The translations under genes were made by a program, and so were the position numbers. A stretch of 64,000 nt of DNA from a virus (lineage: Duplodnaviria > Heunggongvirae > Uroviricota > Caudoviricetes): the IMG/VR virus record IMGVR_UViG_3300035698_025354. One strand, 5' to 3'. The notes under the pieces were generated by a model. The model was not told the DNA's origin, did no database searches, and saw only the letters and a list, made by a program, of their open reading frames with translations. Shown here in pieces: positions 47,214 to 57,463 of this stretch. Within the stretch, counting starts at the first letter, position 1. Every line of letters begins with the position of its first letter.

Positions 47214-47501
47214 ATGAGTGATTCAGTTAAGCAAAAGATTGGTGCATTGGATCAAGTTAAGATAATTACTACTAAAAATGTAGATTATGTATCTGCTCCA
47301 CCAAATGTAAAAATCACCCCATCTGGAGTGTGGTCTGTTGTAGCTGTTTTGAATAATTCAGAATTGTTGTGCGTAAAAGGAAATATAACTATTAAAATCC
47401 CGATTTCAGATGTTTTGAAAATAACTGAATATGATGTGTCATTAGTAACAAAAAACCTAGGAAAATTATCACATGGCGAAGCAAAAAAAGACAAACAATA
47501 A
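47214..47501 (+). CDS. Hypothetical protein
   Basis: 95-aa ORF overlapping recA. Confidence 0.7.
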   Translation: MSDSVKQKIGALDQVKIITTKNVDYVSAPPNVKITPSGVWSVVAVLNNSELLCVKGNITIKIPISDVLKITEYDVSLVTKNLGKLSHGEAKKDKQ

Positions 47502-48606
47502 AAAAGAAATTGGAAACCAAGATTATGATGGTGTTCTGCAAGAAATAGAAAAAGAATTTGGCGATGGATCTATTGTGCGTGGGCGAGGGGTTTTCAAAAA
47601 AGTTGATAAATTCCCGTCTGGTGTTATGTCTATTGATATTGCTACTGGATGTGGTGGAATTCCTCAAGGGAGAATTATAGAATTTTTTGGTCAGGAAAGT
47701 AGCGGCAAAACCACTACTTGTTTGCAAATAATAGCTGCATGCCAAAAACATTATTTCCAAAAAAAGGAAAGATATGGAGAAGTAGTATTTATTGATGCTG
47801 AGCATGCTCTAGATATTGACTGGGCCGAAAAATGTGGTGTTAATACTGAATTATTGGCAATATCTCAGCCAGATAGTGGCGAAAAAGCACTTAAGATGGC
47901 TGAGAAATTTGCCCATTCTGGTAAGGTTGATTTAATAGTTATTGATTCTGTTGCTGCTTTAACTCCAGAAGCTGAAATAAATGGGGAGATTGGTGATACT
48001 CATATTGGTTTACAAGCTAGGATGATGAGTCAGGCTTGTAGAATGCTGAATAATGCATGCTCAAAATCTAACACCACTATAATTTTTATAAATCAAATTA
48101 GAGAAAAAATTGGGGTGTTGTTTGGTAGTCCAAATGTTACTCCTGGTGGTAAGGCATTAAAATTTTACGCATCTGTTAGAATGGAAATTAATAAAGGGTC
48201 TAGCCTTAAAGAAAATGATATTACTGTTGGATTTAGGCCAAAATTGAAAATTATTAAGAATAAAGTTGGCCCACCATTTACAAGTGCAGAATATGACATT
48301 TGTGTTGGTAATCCAATTAGACCAGTGTTTGGTGTTGATTGTATGTCGTCGTTGTTGAATGTTGCTACTGATTCTGATATTTGTGGTGGAAAAAAAGTAA
48401 TAGAACAAAGAGGTAGTAATTATTATTACGAAGGTGAAAAATTGGGAAATGGGGCTGGTAAAGCGTGTGAGACATTACGCAATAATCCAGAATTAGCTAA
48501 TAAGATCTGTAACGAAATATATAGTGTAATGTTCGGTGATGTGGATAACACTGAAATAGAACCAGATTCAATTGATGATGAGATAATTGATAGCGATGAC
48601 GATTGA
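47473..48606 (+). CDS. recA: RecA recombinase
   Basis: GRIIEFFGQESSGKTT, FIDAEHALD, IDSVAAL, IFINQIREKIG, TPGGKALKFYASVR. Confidence 0.98.
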   Translation: MAKQKKTNNKKEIGNQDYDGVLQEIEKEFGDGSIVRGRGVFKKVDKFPSGVMSIDIATGCGGIPQGRIIEFFGQESSGKTTTCLQIIAACQKHYFQKKERYGEVVFIDAEHALDIDWAEKCGVNTELLAISQPDSGEKALKMAEKFAHSGKVDLIVIDSVAALTPEAEINGEIGDTHIGLQARMMSQACRMLNNACSKSNTTIIFINQIREKIGVLFGSPNVTPGGKALKFYASVRMEINKGSSLKENDITVGFRPKLKIIKNKVGPPFTSAEYDICVGNPIRPVFGVDCMSSLLNVATDSDICGGKKVIEQRGSNYYYEGEKLGNGAGKACETLRNNPELANKICNEIYSVMFGDVDNTEIEPDSIDDEIIDSDDD

Positions 48607-48913
48607 TACGCCATTATACGACGTTGGAGATTCTGTTTACCTAAGAGAATCCGCAGCTATGGGATTTTTAGAGGGTGTAATTATTAGTGGTATAACAAGA
48701 AACAGGGGTGTTTGGTCTTATGCGGTTACAATGACGCAGGCTGGTGCAACTGCTCCCGGTTATTACGGAGATAGGGCATCTCTCACTAGCAACAAAACTC
48801 TGTATTTTACTGAGAGCGAATTTGTTTCTAAGTGTGATGCATTATCTTTGGCAAAAGCAAATTTGCAAATTCAATTAGACAAGATCCAAGCCCAAATTGA
48901 TTCTGTTTGTTAG
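48587..48913 (+). CDS. Hypothetical protein (SH3-like N-terminus)
   Basis: YDVGDSVYL...; overlaps the recA end. Confidence 0.7.
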   Translation: MIAMTIDTPLYDVGDSVYLRESAAMGFLEGVIISGITRNRGVWSYAVTMTQAGATAPGYYGDRASLTSNKTLYFTESEFVSKCDALSLAKANLQIQLDKIQAQIDSVC

Positions 48914-48923
48914 AAAATAAAGT

Positions 48924-50264
48924 ATGAGTACAACCTCTGTTTTAAAAAATATCGATGATGATGAAGTGTCGAGGACTCCATTTGGTGAATATGAAGAAGA
49001 AGCTATAATTTCATTAGCGTTTGATGTTCCTGATTTTTTCACATCGGTTGGTAGGTTTATGAACCCATCGATGTTTGCTAGGTTGGAATGTCAAATTATA
49101 ATCTCTATGATTTTGAATCTTTTCGAAGAATTTGATGTTGTTCCGACTAGAAGGATTGTTCGCGATCGGATTCTTGGCATTTTGACTGAAGATGATCCAT
49201 ATGATGATATTTTAGAAATAATCGATAGAAAATCTAATTACAGAGAAATCCCGATAATAAAAGATACGCTTTTAAAATGGGCAAAAGATAGAGCTTTTGG
49301 TCATATTTATAGTGAAGAAGCACAAGAAGCATATGCTCGTGGCGACTATGAATATATTAAAAAAGTTATTGATGATGCTAATAAAATAGCGGATGTTGGC
49401 GATAAAGGATTTTGGTTTTTTGAAAATTATCAACTGTTGTTTGAACCAGATGTTCTTGAACATAGGACCACTGGATTTAATAAATTAGATTCGTTAATTA
49501 ATTCGGGTGGTCCTTCTCCTAAAGAAGTTTTGTGTTGGTTGGCACCAACAAATGTCGGTAAATCATTGGTTTTGTGCAATAATGCGATAACATCTTTAAA
49601 AGGTAAAAATGGTGATGGGGAACATGGCCAAGATGTTTTGCTTATTACTTTTGAACTGGATGCTATTAAAACTGCTATGAGATGCCTTGGTGTTTTGATG
49701 CAGGATATACCTCTTAAAAATATTGTTGATAGAAAAGATTATTGCACAAGAATTATCGATCAAACAAAGAGAACTTATAATAAGAGATTCTTGATTGTTG
49801 AATGGGCTCCAGACGAATGTAGTGTTAGCAATATTTATGCTTTGTTGGATAATCTACGTAGGACTGATGGTTGGCATCCGGATGTGGTTATTCTCGACTA
49901 TCTTGATTTGATGGTTAGTAGAAATCCGGCCTATAATACTGATGACTACACAAGACAAAAGCATGTTGCTAATGAAGTTAGAGGTTTAGCTAAAAATGAA
50001 AATGTTCTTATTTTTACTGCGACCCAGACAAATAGATCAGCAGCTAGTGGTGAAGAAGTTGCTGATATGAGTAAGGCTGCTGAGAGTTTTGCTAAGCAAT
50101 TTTCTATGGATTATGTTGTTAGTTTAAACCAAAGCCAAAATGAAAGAACTGCTACACCACCAAGATTGAGAATGTTTATTGCTAAAAACAGAAATGGTCC
50201 TAAAAACGAGACCATTGACTGTACTATTACTTATGAAACAATGGTAGTAAGGGAACAACCGTGA
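48924..50264 (+). CDS. Replicative DNA helicase (DnaB/T4 gp41-like)
   Basis: TTGFNKLD, LAPTNVGKS, ITFE, ILDYLDL, TATQTNR, KNRNG. Confidence 0.93.
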   Translation: MSTTSVLKNIDDDEVSRTPFGEYEEEAIISLAFDVPDFFTSVGRFMNPSMFARLECQIIISMILNLFEEFDVVPTRRIVRDRILGILTEDDPYDDILEIIDRKSNYREIPIIKDTLLKWAKDRAFGHIYSEEAQEAYARGDYEYIKKVIDDANKIADVGDKGFWFFENYQLLFEPDVLEHRTTGFNKLDSLINSGGPSPKEVLCWLAPTNVGKSLVLCNNAITSLKGKNGDGEHGQDVLLITFELDAIKTAMRCLGVLMQDIPLKNIVDRKDYCTRIIDQTKRTYNKRFLIVEWAPDECSVSNIYALLDNLRRTDGWHPDVVILDYLDLMVSRNPAYNTDDYTRQKHVANEVRGLAKNENVLIFTATQTNRSAASGEEVADMSKAAESFAKQFSMDYVVSLNQSQNERTATPPRLRMFIAKNRNGPKNETIDCTITYETMVVREQP

Positions 50265-50482
50265 AGTTAAGAATGTATATTGAGGCTGATGTTTCTAAAA
50301 CAATGGCTGACACCATAAAGAGAAGCGGAATAAATCTTCAAACAGATGGTTCTGGTATGAAAATATCAGTGCCTAATGCACCATCTGTGCCTAAGAGAAA
50401 GGTAAAAGTAGCTTTTTTAGATAACCCATCTGACACCTTAGATGACGCCATTTATAAATCGTCTAAATGTTGTTCTGAGTAA
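50261..50482 (+). CDS. Hypothetical protein
   Basis: GTGA overlap with the helicase stop. Confidence 0.7.
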   Translation: MKLRMYIEADVSKTMADTIKRSGINLQTDGSGMKISVPNAPSVPKRKVKVAFLDNPSDTLDDAIYKSSKCCSE

Positions 50483-50539
50483 ATAACAGCGAAATAATTT
50501 ATTTACAATTCACGTCTGATATTTATTCGGAGATCTAAA

Positions 50540-50983
50540 ATGAGTATCCCCTCTAGCAAAAAATTACAAACAGAAGAAGCTTCGGCGGAAACATCATCCG
50601 CCTTTAAGACACCATCTCAATTTGCAAAAAAGACACAAGAAGAACCTGACGCGTTGCAGATCAGAGTGGTTAAATGTTGTAATGATTTTGTCGCTATTTT
50701 ACAATCTAAAATTGAAACCAGTATTGCATTGGCGGATGAAGAATCAGCATATATAAATGAAGGAATTGTCGTTGGCGTAGGCCCCGGCATTTCTGATAAT
50801 GCTGGTGGTAGATTACAGCCAGGTGTTGAAGTTGGTGATAGCGTGATGTTTGGTCATAGAAATGTTGCTGGATTAGTTGATTCTGATAAGCCACCATACG
50901 CTGGTAAAAGAGTTGTTATTGTTTCTGAAAGAAACGTTATTTGCAAATTGCCTGAAAAACTTGAATTTGATATTATTGAATAG
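50540..50983 (+). CDS. groES: Co-chaperonin GroES-like (T4 gp31 analogue)
   Basis: GIVVGVGPG...VEVGDSVMF...IVSERNVI. Confidence 0.85.
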   Translation: MSIPSSKKLQTEEASAETSSAFKTPSQFAKKTQEEPDALQIRVVKCCNDFVAILQSKIETSIALADEESAYINEGIVVGVGPGISDNAGGRLQPGVEVGDSVMFGHRNVAGLVDSDKPPYAGKRVVIVSERNVICKLPEKLEFDIIE

Positions 50984-50991
50984 GAATTAAG

Positions 50992-51480
50992 ATGCCAACG
51001 TATCTTTATGAATGTTTGAGTTGTAAAAAAATAGCTGAAGAAAAATTTTCAGATGAAGTTGCTGAGCATAATGGCAGACTTCCGATTCCAATTTTGGAAT
51101 CGGAAGTTATGTATAAAACTTCACACCGCATGGAACCAACTAAAGATCAGCTTTATGAAGCATGTGAATGCCCAAGGTGTGGTAGTCATGATGCTGAAAG
51201 AACATTTCATGGCTCTGATATTACTACATATACTCGTGGGTACGGGTATTTAGATAGGCAGGGTTGCCATAGAGATATGAATAAGCATAAATTAGTAAAT
51301 GATGACCCATATGCTGAATATAGACAACCTGGTGAAGTAAGCCATATTAAGGATAATCTTGATAAGGGCGGAAAGTATAATCCAAATACAAAATACTTTA
51401 CACCAGAAAGATCTAGCACACAAGATATGGAAAAGGTTGTTCAGAAATCTGTTGATTCGCAACTTCCAAAAGATAAATAA
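50992..51480 (+). CDS. FmdB-family zinc-ribbon protein
   Basis: MPTYLYECLSC...CPRCGS. Confidence 0.8.
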   Translation: MPTYLYECLSCKKIAEEKFSDEVAEHNGRLPIPILESEVMYKTSHRMEPTKDQLYEACECPRCGSHDAERTFHGSDITTYTRGYGYLDRQGCHRDMNKHKLVNDDPYAEYRQPGEVSHIKDNLDKGGKYNPNTKYFTPERSSTQDMEKVVQKSVDSQLPKDK

Positions 51481-51519
51481 TATTGAGTTTTAAAGTGTTT
51501 TTGCTAGTGTTTTGTCTAT

Positions 51520-52818
51520 ATGAGCCCTTTATATGTTTATACTCTTTTTGATTCTAAAACCGGCAAACCAAGATGCTCCGGTATAAAAGATGGTGATAGA
51601 ATAGTTACCTTTGATTTATTTAAGGGTAAAGGTAGTGGAAACCCATTACTGCAGATATATGAAAAGATTAATAGATTTAGAAAAATACTAACTAAATCTG
51701 AACATAGTAGACAAATTGTAATATCGGATTATAAAAAGCATATTGAAGCATTCGATCTTAAGATCACAAATCGTAAATTACAAATTTACGATTTAGCTTT
51801 ACCAGAAATTACGACATCTAAAGGCATTAAAGATTCAAAATTAGTTTCTGCTGTTTTAGAAAAAATGGCAAAGCAGAAACATTTACCACATCATAATATT
51901 TTAGCTAATGTTTCAGTAGCTTATAGAGATGTTGAATTACGTGGGTTGGAAATTAATTATTATCCAAGTTTTCCAAAATGGTCTCTTAAAACTTTTTCTG
52001 GTAGGTCTAAAACTAGTGGCGTTAACATTCAGGGGTGGTCAGAGAATGATATGATAAGACCACCTGGGTTTTCTGATAATGATCTTTTAATCCATTTTGA
52101 TTGGATATGTGCTGATATTAGAGTGGCTTCTATTTTATCAAAAGATAAAAAATTACAAAACTCATTTGTGCGTAGTGATCCATATCAAGTGGTTATGGAT
52201 GAAATTAATAATAATGGTGATGGTGATAATAAATTAAGCCGTGATGAATGTAAATCATTGTTGTTAAAATCTATTAATTCTATGGATTTTACTGGTGAGG
52301 TTTTGACAGATATTTATTCGGATTTGGGAAAGTGGATTAAAAGATCAAAAGATATTATTCAAGCCGATGATGGATTTTTAGAAACAATCTTGCATAAAAA
52401 ATTTAAGTTAGCACATTCTAAAAATGAATTATCTGTCCTTAATGGTGCAATGCAAGGATCTGTTGCTCATGCTATGCAAAATACCTTTCGTAAGGTATGG
52501 GAAAAGATACCCGGTAGGATTATTACTGAGATTCATGACTCTATTGTTGTTTGTTGTAGTCCAAATAGATCTGATATTAAATCTACTATTGATTTAGTGT
52601 CAGATATAATGTTCCATCCCTTTCAGGATATACTAGAATCTAATCCAGCATTTCCTTTGAAGATTAGTGTTGGTCGAAAGTGGAAAGATTGGAAAACTGT
52701 TATGGTTAGGAGAGAATCAGGTATACAATATGTCAAAAAGGAAAAGAAACAAAAAGCCGAACAAAATTCACTTAAGCAAATTGAAGAGAAAGAAGAAAAA
52801 GCAACAAAAACAGGATAA
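51520..52818 (+). CDS. Family A DNA polymerase catalytic domain without recognisable exonuclease domains
   Basis: TFSGRSKTSGVNIQ, motif A FDWICADIR, motif B RDECK, NGAMQGSVA, motif C EIHDSIV, PLKISVG..W. Confidence 0.82.
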   Translation: MSPLYVYTLFDSKTGKPRCSGIKDGDRIVTFDLFKGKGSGNPLLQIYEKINRFRKILTKSEHSRQIVISDYKKHIEAFDLKITNRKLQIYDLALPEITTSKGIKDSKLVSAVLEKMAKQKHLPHHNILANVSVAYRDVELRGLEINYYPSFPKWSLKTFSGRSKTSGVNIQGWSENDMIRPPGFSDNDLLIHFDWICADIRVASILSKDKKLQNSFVRSDPYQVVMDEINNNGDGDNKLSRDECKSLLLKSINSMDFTGEVLTDIYSDLGKWIKRSKDIIQADDGFLETILHKKFKLAHSKNELSVLNGAMQGSVAHAMQNTFRKVWEKIPGRIITEIHDSIVVCCSPNRSDIKSTIDLVSDIMFHPFQDILESNPAFPLKISVGRKWKDWKTVMVRRESGIQYVKKEKKQKAEQNSLKQIEEKEEKATKTG

Positions 52819-53005
52819 ATTTGATTTATTACAATATAAATTAAACAACAAAAATAGTGTTGATCAAATAATCTACACTGACGATAGTGAATTTGATAAG
52901 AATTCGTTTAATGGCCTTAAAAATACCACGCAAAGCAGCGAACCTAAATCTGTATTAAAACCAAGCGGGTTTGATAAGAGTGCGTGGAATGCTAAAGTTA
53001 AATAG
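52730..53005 (+). CDS. Small basic protein
   Basis: MSKRKRNKK...; likely ATG at 52730. Confidence 0.55.
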   Translation: MSKRKRNKKPNKIHLSKLKRKKKKQQKQDKFDLLQYKLNNKNSVDQIIYTDDSEFDKNSFNGLKNTTQSSEPKSVLKPSGFDKSAWNAKVK

Positions 53006-53014
53006 GATTTTGCT

Positions 53015-53641
53015 GTGACTAAAAGACATGAATCGAAGCTTCCATCTTGGATTCCTGAATATATTCCAAAAGAATTGGTTGATTCAACACTGTTTGTATT
53101 TAATGTTGAATTACAAACAGTTAGATCTTTTATTTGCACAGATTGTGGTGCTAAATACAGTAGAAAACCAAATAAGTGTAATGCTGTTGATGATGAAGTG
53201 AATAATACGCTTTGCGGATCTATTAGTTTTAAAAAAGAGTATGAAAAAGTAAAAATCAAACTTCTTCCTGATTTAAATCTTGACTATGATATTTTGGAAG
53301 GGTTGATGCAAGATTTGCCAGCACAGTATGCCTTTTATGCTATGATTTATTCTGAAGCTCGCATGAGGGTTTCTTTAGAAGAAAGAAAAATGAAGGCAAT
53401 TCGTGGTACTATTATTGAATCTATTCAAAGGAGGGCTGCAAGTGAAAATGTAAGATTGACAGTAGAACAAGTTAAAAATGTAATGGAAGCTGATTCAAAA
53501 GTGGTTTTAGCCGACCAAAGAATACAGTTTGCACAAATGCAATGTGGGAAACTCTACCATATTCTTGAAGCATTAAAAATGAAATCTGAATTGGCTAGGT
53601 CTTTGGCAGGATTTAAACGTCAAGAGTATGACAAAAGTTGA
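53015..53641 (+). CDS. UvsY-like recombination mediator with an N-terminal Zn site
   Basis: CTDC..C..C, then DLPAQYAFYA.IYSEA...VKNVMEAD...ALKMK matching the UvsY helical pattern; lies next to the SSB gene. Confidence 0.6.
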   Translation: MTKRHESKLPSWIPEYIPKELVDSTLFVFNVELQTVRSFICTDCGAKYSRKPNKCNAVDDEVNNTLCGSISFKKEYEKVKIKLLPDLNLDYDILEGLMQDLPAQYAFYAMIYSEARMRVSLEERKMKAIRGTIIESIQRRAASENVRLTVEQVKNVMEADSKVVLADQRIQFAQMQCGKLYHILEALKMKSELARSLAGFKRQEYDKS

Positions 53642-53698
53642 AAATTGCCAAAAAGTTGAAATTGAAATTAAAAACTATTTGAATAAGGGAAGAGAGAA

Positions 53699-54844
53699 AT
53701 GTCTAAATACAATATTGACGACATCAGAAAAAAACTGAAAAGTAAAAGCGGAAAATTCAACGATCCAGATGAATTTAAGCCACCAAAAGCCGACAGCACG
53801 ACTGACCCAATTAAGTTTAGGTTTTATGTTCTTGGCCCAGTGATGGCTGGTGAAAAACTTAAGAGTGGTGTTGTTTCTGATGATAGTGGGATGGAACAAT
53901 TCTTTGTGTCCCACGGTAATCATTGGGTTAACAATAGACCGCACCCTTGTCCTAGGACATGGGATAACACAGAATGTGATGTTTGTCAGACTGGTTTTGA
54001 TCTTCTAAAAGAAGAAAAAGAAGAAAATGCCAGAAAAGCAATTATTAATGCGTGGATGCCAAGTAGCTACCACATGATTAACATTTATTTCCCTAATAAT
54101 AAGGTAAATCCCGAAGAACTTCGTGGGACTGTGAAATTCTTTAATGCCCCAAAATCTGTTTTGGACATTATGACTGCTACGCTCATGAGGGATGATGCTG
54201 GTGATTCTGAGGACCCACAAGCATTTGGTGTGTTTTTTGATGAAACATCGTCATTTCTTTTCCAATTAGAAGTATTAAAGCAAGGTAAAAACAATAGTTA
54301 TAAAACTAGTGGTTTCCTTGCTAATGGTGGTAAACCAACTCCAATTGCAAAGGATAAAGACGGGAAAGCCGATGACAATAAAATCAAAAAGATTTTGTTT
54401 AATCGACATGATCTTGTCTCTAAGATTGAAAAGCCGGATCAGGATAAAATATCTCGTCTTGCTAAGAGCATGCTTAACGGCGATGATTATGATGACGATA
54501 ATGGTGGATTTGATAAGGATGAAAACAAATCGAGTAAATCCACCAATGAATCTAAAGACAAAAAAGAAGAGAAGGAACCAGAATCTGATGAAGGTGATTC
54601 ATTGATTGATGAAGGACCATTAGATGATGAAGGACCATTAGATGATGATGATATCATTGATGATTCTGATGATCAAAAATCTAAATCTGATGATCAAAAA
54701 TCTAAATCTGATGATCAAAAATCTAAATCTAATGATTCAAGTGATTCAAGTGATTCAAGTGATGATTCCGACGATTCCGACGATGATGACGATTCAGACC
54801 TCGATTCGTTGTTAGATCAACTTGATGATGATGATGATGATTAA
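53699..54844 (+). CDS. T4 gp32-like single-stranded DNA-binding protein with a long acidic tail
   Basis: FRFYVL, HGNHW..CP...CDVC, YHMINIY, FQLEV.KQG..SY..S.F; D-rich tail with a 21-bp x3 repeat at 54665-54727. Confidence 0.85.
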   Translation: MSKYNIDDIRKKLKSKSGKFNDPDEFKPPKADSTTDPIKFRFYVLGPVMAGEKLKSGVVSDDSGMEQFFVSHGNHWVNNRPHPCPRTWDNTECDVCQTGFDLLKEEKEENARKAIINAWMPSSYHMINIYFPNNKVNPEELRGTVKFFNAPKSVLDIMTATLMRDDAGDSEDPQAFGVFFDETSSFLFQLEVLKQGKNNSYKTSGFLANGGKPTPIAKDKDGKADDNKIKKILFNRHDLVSKIEKPDQDKISRLAKSMLNGDDYDDDNGGFDKDENKSSKSTNESKDKKEEKEPESDEGDSLIDEGPLDDEGPLDDDDIIDDSDDQKSKSDDQKSKSDDQKSKSNDSSDSSDSSDDSDDSDDDDDSDLDSLLDQLDDDDDD

Positions 54845-54898
54845 TCTTTAATAAGGAATTGGGACGATCAAGATTTGTTGATCGTCCCAATCTGTATC

Positions 54899-55738
54899 AT
54901 GGACAAACCAGTATTATTAATCGACACAAGAAATGCGTTATATAGGGCAATATTTGCCGTAAAAGCCGATAGAAGAAATACGATAAAGTATCATTATTTT
55001 ACCATACTTTTACGGCAAATAACATCATGGGCTAATATGTATAACCCAGAATCTATAAACATATTTTGGGATGCTCCTAGAACTTCTGTCTGGCGTAGAA
55101 AAATACTACCAACATATAAAGATAGAACAAACAGCACATATGTGGAAGATATTTCAGAAGATTTATTTAAAACAACTGCTATTGCTAAAGAATTCTTTAA
55201 AGTGATGAATGTTAGGCAATTTGAAAAGAAGACAATGGAGGCAGATGATCTAATATATTCAGCTGTTACAATGCTACACCCTCAAAAAACTATTGTTGTT
55301 TCAACTGATAGCGATATGATTCAGATTCCGTTTAATTATGACAGCTGTACAGTTTATAATCCAACAAAAAAAGAAGAAACAAAAATTCCTAATGTTAATC
55401 CAGTAGTTAAGAAAGCTATAATCGGAGACAAATCAGACGCTATTGTTGGATATTATGGCATTGGCGATAAAAAAAGTCAAAAAATGTTAGAAACTCCATC
55501 TAAATTACAAGAGTTTTTACAAGAAACTGGTAGAGATGTATACCATAGGAATCTGTTGTTGATTGATCTGTCATTAAACCCCAAATTGTTACATAATAAA
55601 TTATATGTTCAACGCAAGATGTCTAAACCAGTTGAATTTGATAAGAAAATTATAAATGAGTTGGTGCACAAATATAAAGTCAATGGTATATTGCAAGAAT
55701 ATGCTGATGTTATTGCTCCTTTTGAGAAATTGATATGA
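54899..55738 (+). CDS. 5'-3' exonuclease / T4 RNase H-like flap endonuclease
   Basis: LLIDTRN, WD, PTYK.R, EADDLI, STDSDM.Q, GDKSDAI.G..GIG; likely ATG at 54899. Confidence 0.93.
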   Translation: MDKPVLLIDTRNALYRAIFAVKADRRNTIKYHYFTILLRQITSWANMYNPESINIFWDAPRTSVWRRKILPTYKDRTNSTYVEDISEDLFKTTAIAKEFFKVMNVRQFEKKTMEADDLIYSAVTMLHPQKTIVVSTDSDMIQIPFNYDSCTVYNPTKKEETKIPNVNPVVKKAIIGDKSDAIVGYYGIGDKKSQKMLETPSKLQEFLQETGRDVYHRNLLLIDLSLNPKLLHNKLYVQRKMSKPVEFDKKIINELVHKYKVNGILQEYADVIAPFEKLI

Positions 55739-56493
55739 CACAAAAATTAGTGGTGCTAGCACAGCCAAGAACAGGGTCAACATTAATTTGTTCTTTATTG
55801 TCAAGCATCCCTAATTCAAGGGTACTTGTTGAACCAATAAATCCGGCTGGACATAAGCACCATATGCAGCCAAAAGCTGGATCTCGATGTTTGGTTCCAA
55901 ATAATATAGCACAAAACAATATTGAATTCGTGTTAGATAAATTGTTTGATCCGAATGAATTACCAGAATCATGGTCTATTAGCCATAAAACAGCTGAAGC
56001 TTGTGCTGGTTTCAAAATAATGGCACACCAGATCCATGCCTTAAATAGCAAATTTGAATTTTGGGAATATCTTAGACAGCATGATGTTAAAATCATTACA
56101 GTGTCTAGAGATAATATATTACAACAATATGTTTCTGATTTAATAGCACAAGAAACTAGGCAACCAGCTTGTTGGGATGGTAAAATTAGAACAGCAAAAA
56201 TCAGAATCCCTATTAAAACTTTAAAATCTGAACTATTAAGAATAAGAGAAGAAAAAAGATTTCTTAATAGGCAAGTAAGCACTTTTGATCATAAAAAATT
56301 AGTATATGAAAAATTCAAAAATAATATTGCAGATGTTGAATCAATATTACCGTGGTTGCTTGGTAAAAACTTTAAATTGACAACAAAACTTTGCAAACAA
56401 AATCCAGATGATTTGCAAAGAAAAATTATAAATTATGAAGAAATTGTTGCAGAAATAAATAAAATTGGATTTAATCATTTAATTAAGGGATAA
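55735..56493 (+). CDS. Sulfotransferase (Stf0-like)
   Basis: PAPS 5'-PSB loop AQPRTGST, EP, GFKIM, SRDN.LQQYVS, YE. Confidence 0.8.
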   Translation: MTQKLVVLAQPRTGSTLICSLLSSIPNSRVLVEPINPAGHKHHMQPKAGSRCLVPNNIAQNNIEFVLDKLFDPNELPESWSISHKTAEACAGFKIMAHQIHALNSKFEFWEYLRQHDVKIITVSRDNILQQYVSDLIAQETRQPACWDGKIRTAKIRIPIKTLKSELLRIREEKRFLNRQVSTFDHKKLVYEKFKNNIADVESILPWLLGKNFKLTTKLCKQNPDDLQRKIINYEEIVAEINKIGFNHLIKG

Positions 56494-56495
56494 TT

Positions 56496-56768
56496 ATGGC
56501 AATCAACATGCATTTTGTAAATACTGGTTTTTTTACAACTGACACAAATGGAAACATTTTAAATAAAGATACTGCATCTTTAAAGCAGATGGCTACTGCA
56601 AACAATGATCACTTGGTTATACCAAGTGATTCTGTTCCCAATTCTGCTAATCATCCTTCTGTTTCTGCTTATTTAGCAGCAGAAGCTGACTCGGATTTTG
56701 TAGTTCATTATATGGACCAATATACAATAATAACATATGAAAGAACTAGTGACGGTGGTTTTGCGTAA
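56496..56768 (+). CDS. Hypothetical protein
   Basis: 90-aa ORF coupled to both neighbours. Confidence 0.75.
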   Translation: MAINMHFVNTGFFTTDTNGNILNKDTASLKQMATANNDHLVIPSDSVPNSANHPSVSAYLAAEADSDFVVHYMDQYTIITYERTSDGGFA

Positions 56769-57463
56769 TGACAAAAACTATAAAGATACATTTGTCTGAT
56801 GATTTTGAAAAGTCTTTAGCACCAATACCGGCCATTAGGAAAAGAGATTGGTTTGAAGATAATTCTTCAACTGCTGGTCATGCTGTGCATTGTCTGCCAT
56901 TGTCTATGGCGAATGGCCTTGGATATTATATTTTATCTCCTGGGACATTCATTGTGTCTTGGGATGGAGATGTTACAAAAAGGGCTAAAATACAACACAT
57001 TGAAAAATCATCTCATTATGAAGTTGACGATCATGCAACATTTGGTGGATTTACTGTTCAATCTAAATTTATCCCAGTAACAGAAAATCCTGGAGATTTT
57101 ATTTATATTAAAGGAATACCGAACGAAAGAGATGAACCATATACATGTATGGAAGCCGCTATAGAATCATGGTGGAGTGTATCTAATTTTGGTTTGGTCT
57201 TTTTGTTGAAGGCACCGGGGGAATTTTTGATACCTATGGGGAAACCTATAGCTCAAATGTTCCTATATTCCGGTGCTGATGGTGCGACCAAGACCGAATT
57301 GGTTGAGGGATATCCAGCAGGACATGCTCATTGGTTAAAACGCAGAAATAGAAAAGGATACGTTAAAGATTTAGATTATATGCGTGGCGAAAATTCCGCT
57401 GGTATAAAAATCCAAACTCATATAACTAAATGGCGTGACGCGGAGAAATATGGGAATCATTGA
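56768..57463 (+). CDS. DUF6065-like protein
   Basis: R.W.......HCLPLSMANGLGYYILSP..F.V.W.G, G.P.AQ. Confidence 0.65.
   Translation: MTKTIKIHLSDDFEKSLAPIPAIRKRDWFEDNSSTAGHAVHCLPLSMANGLGYYILSPGTFIVSWDGDVTKRAKIQHIEKSSHYEVDDHATFGGFTVQSKFIPVTENPGDFIYIKGIPNERDEPYTCMEAAIESWWSVSNFGLVFLLKAPGEFLIPMGKPIAQMFLYSGADGATKTELVEGYPAGHAHWLKRRNRKGYVKDLDYMRGENSAGIKIQTHITKWRDAEKYGNH

Noticed and set aside
50540-50983. GroES without GroEL as a novelty
   Set aside because: Well known in large phages (T4 gp31-type co-chaperonins).
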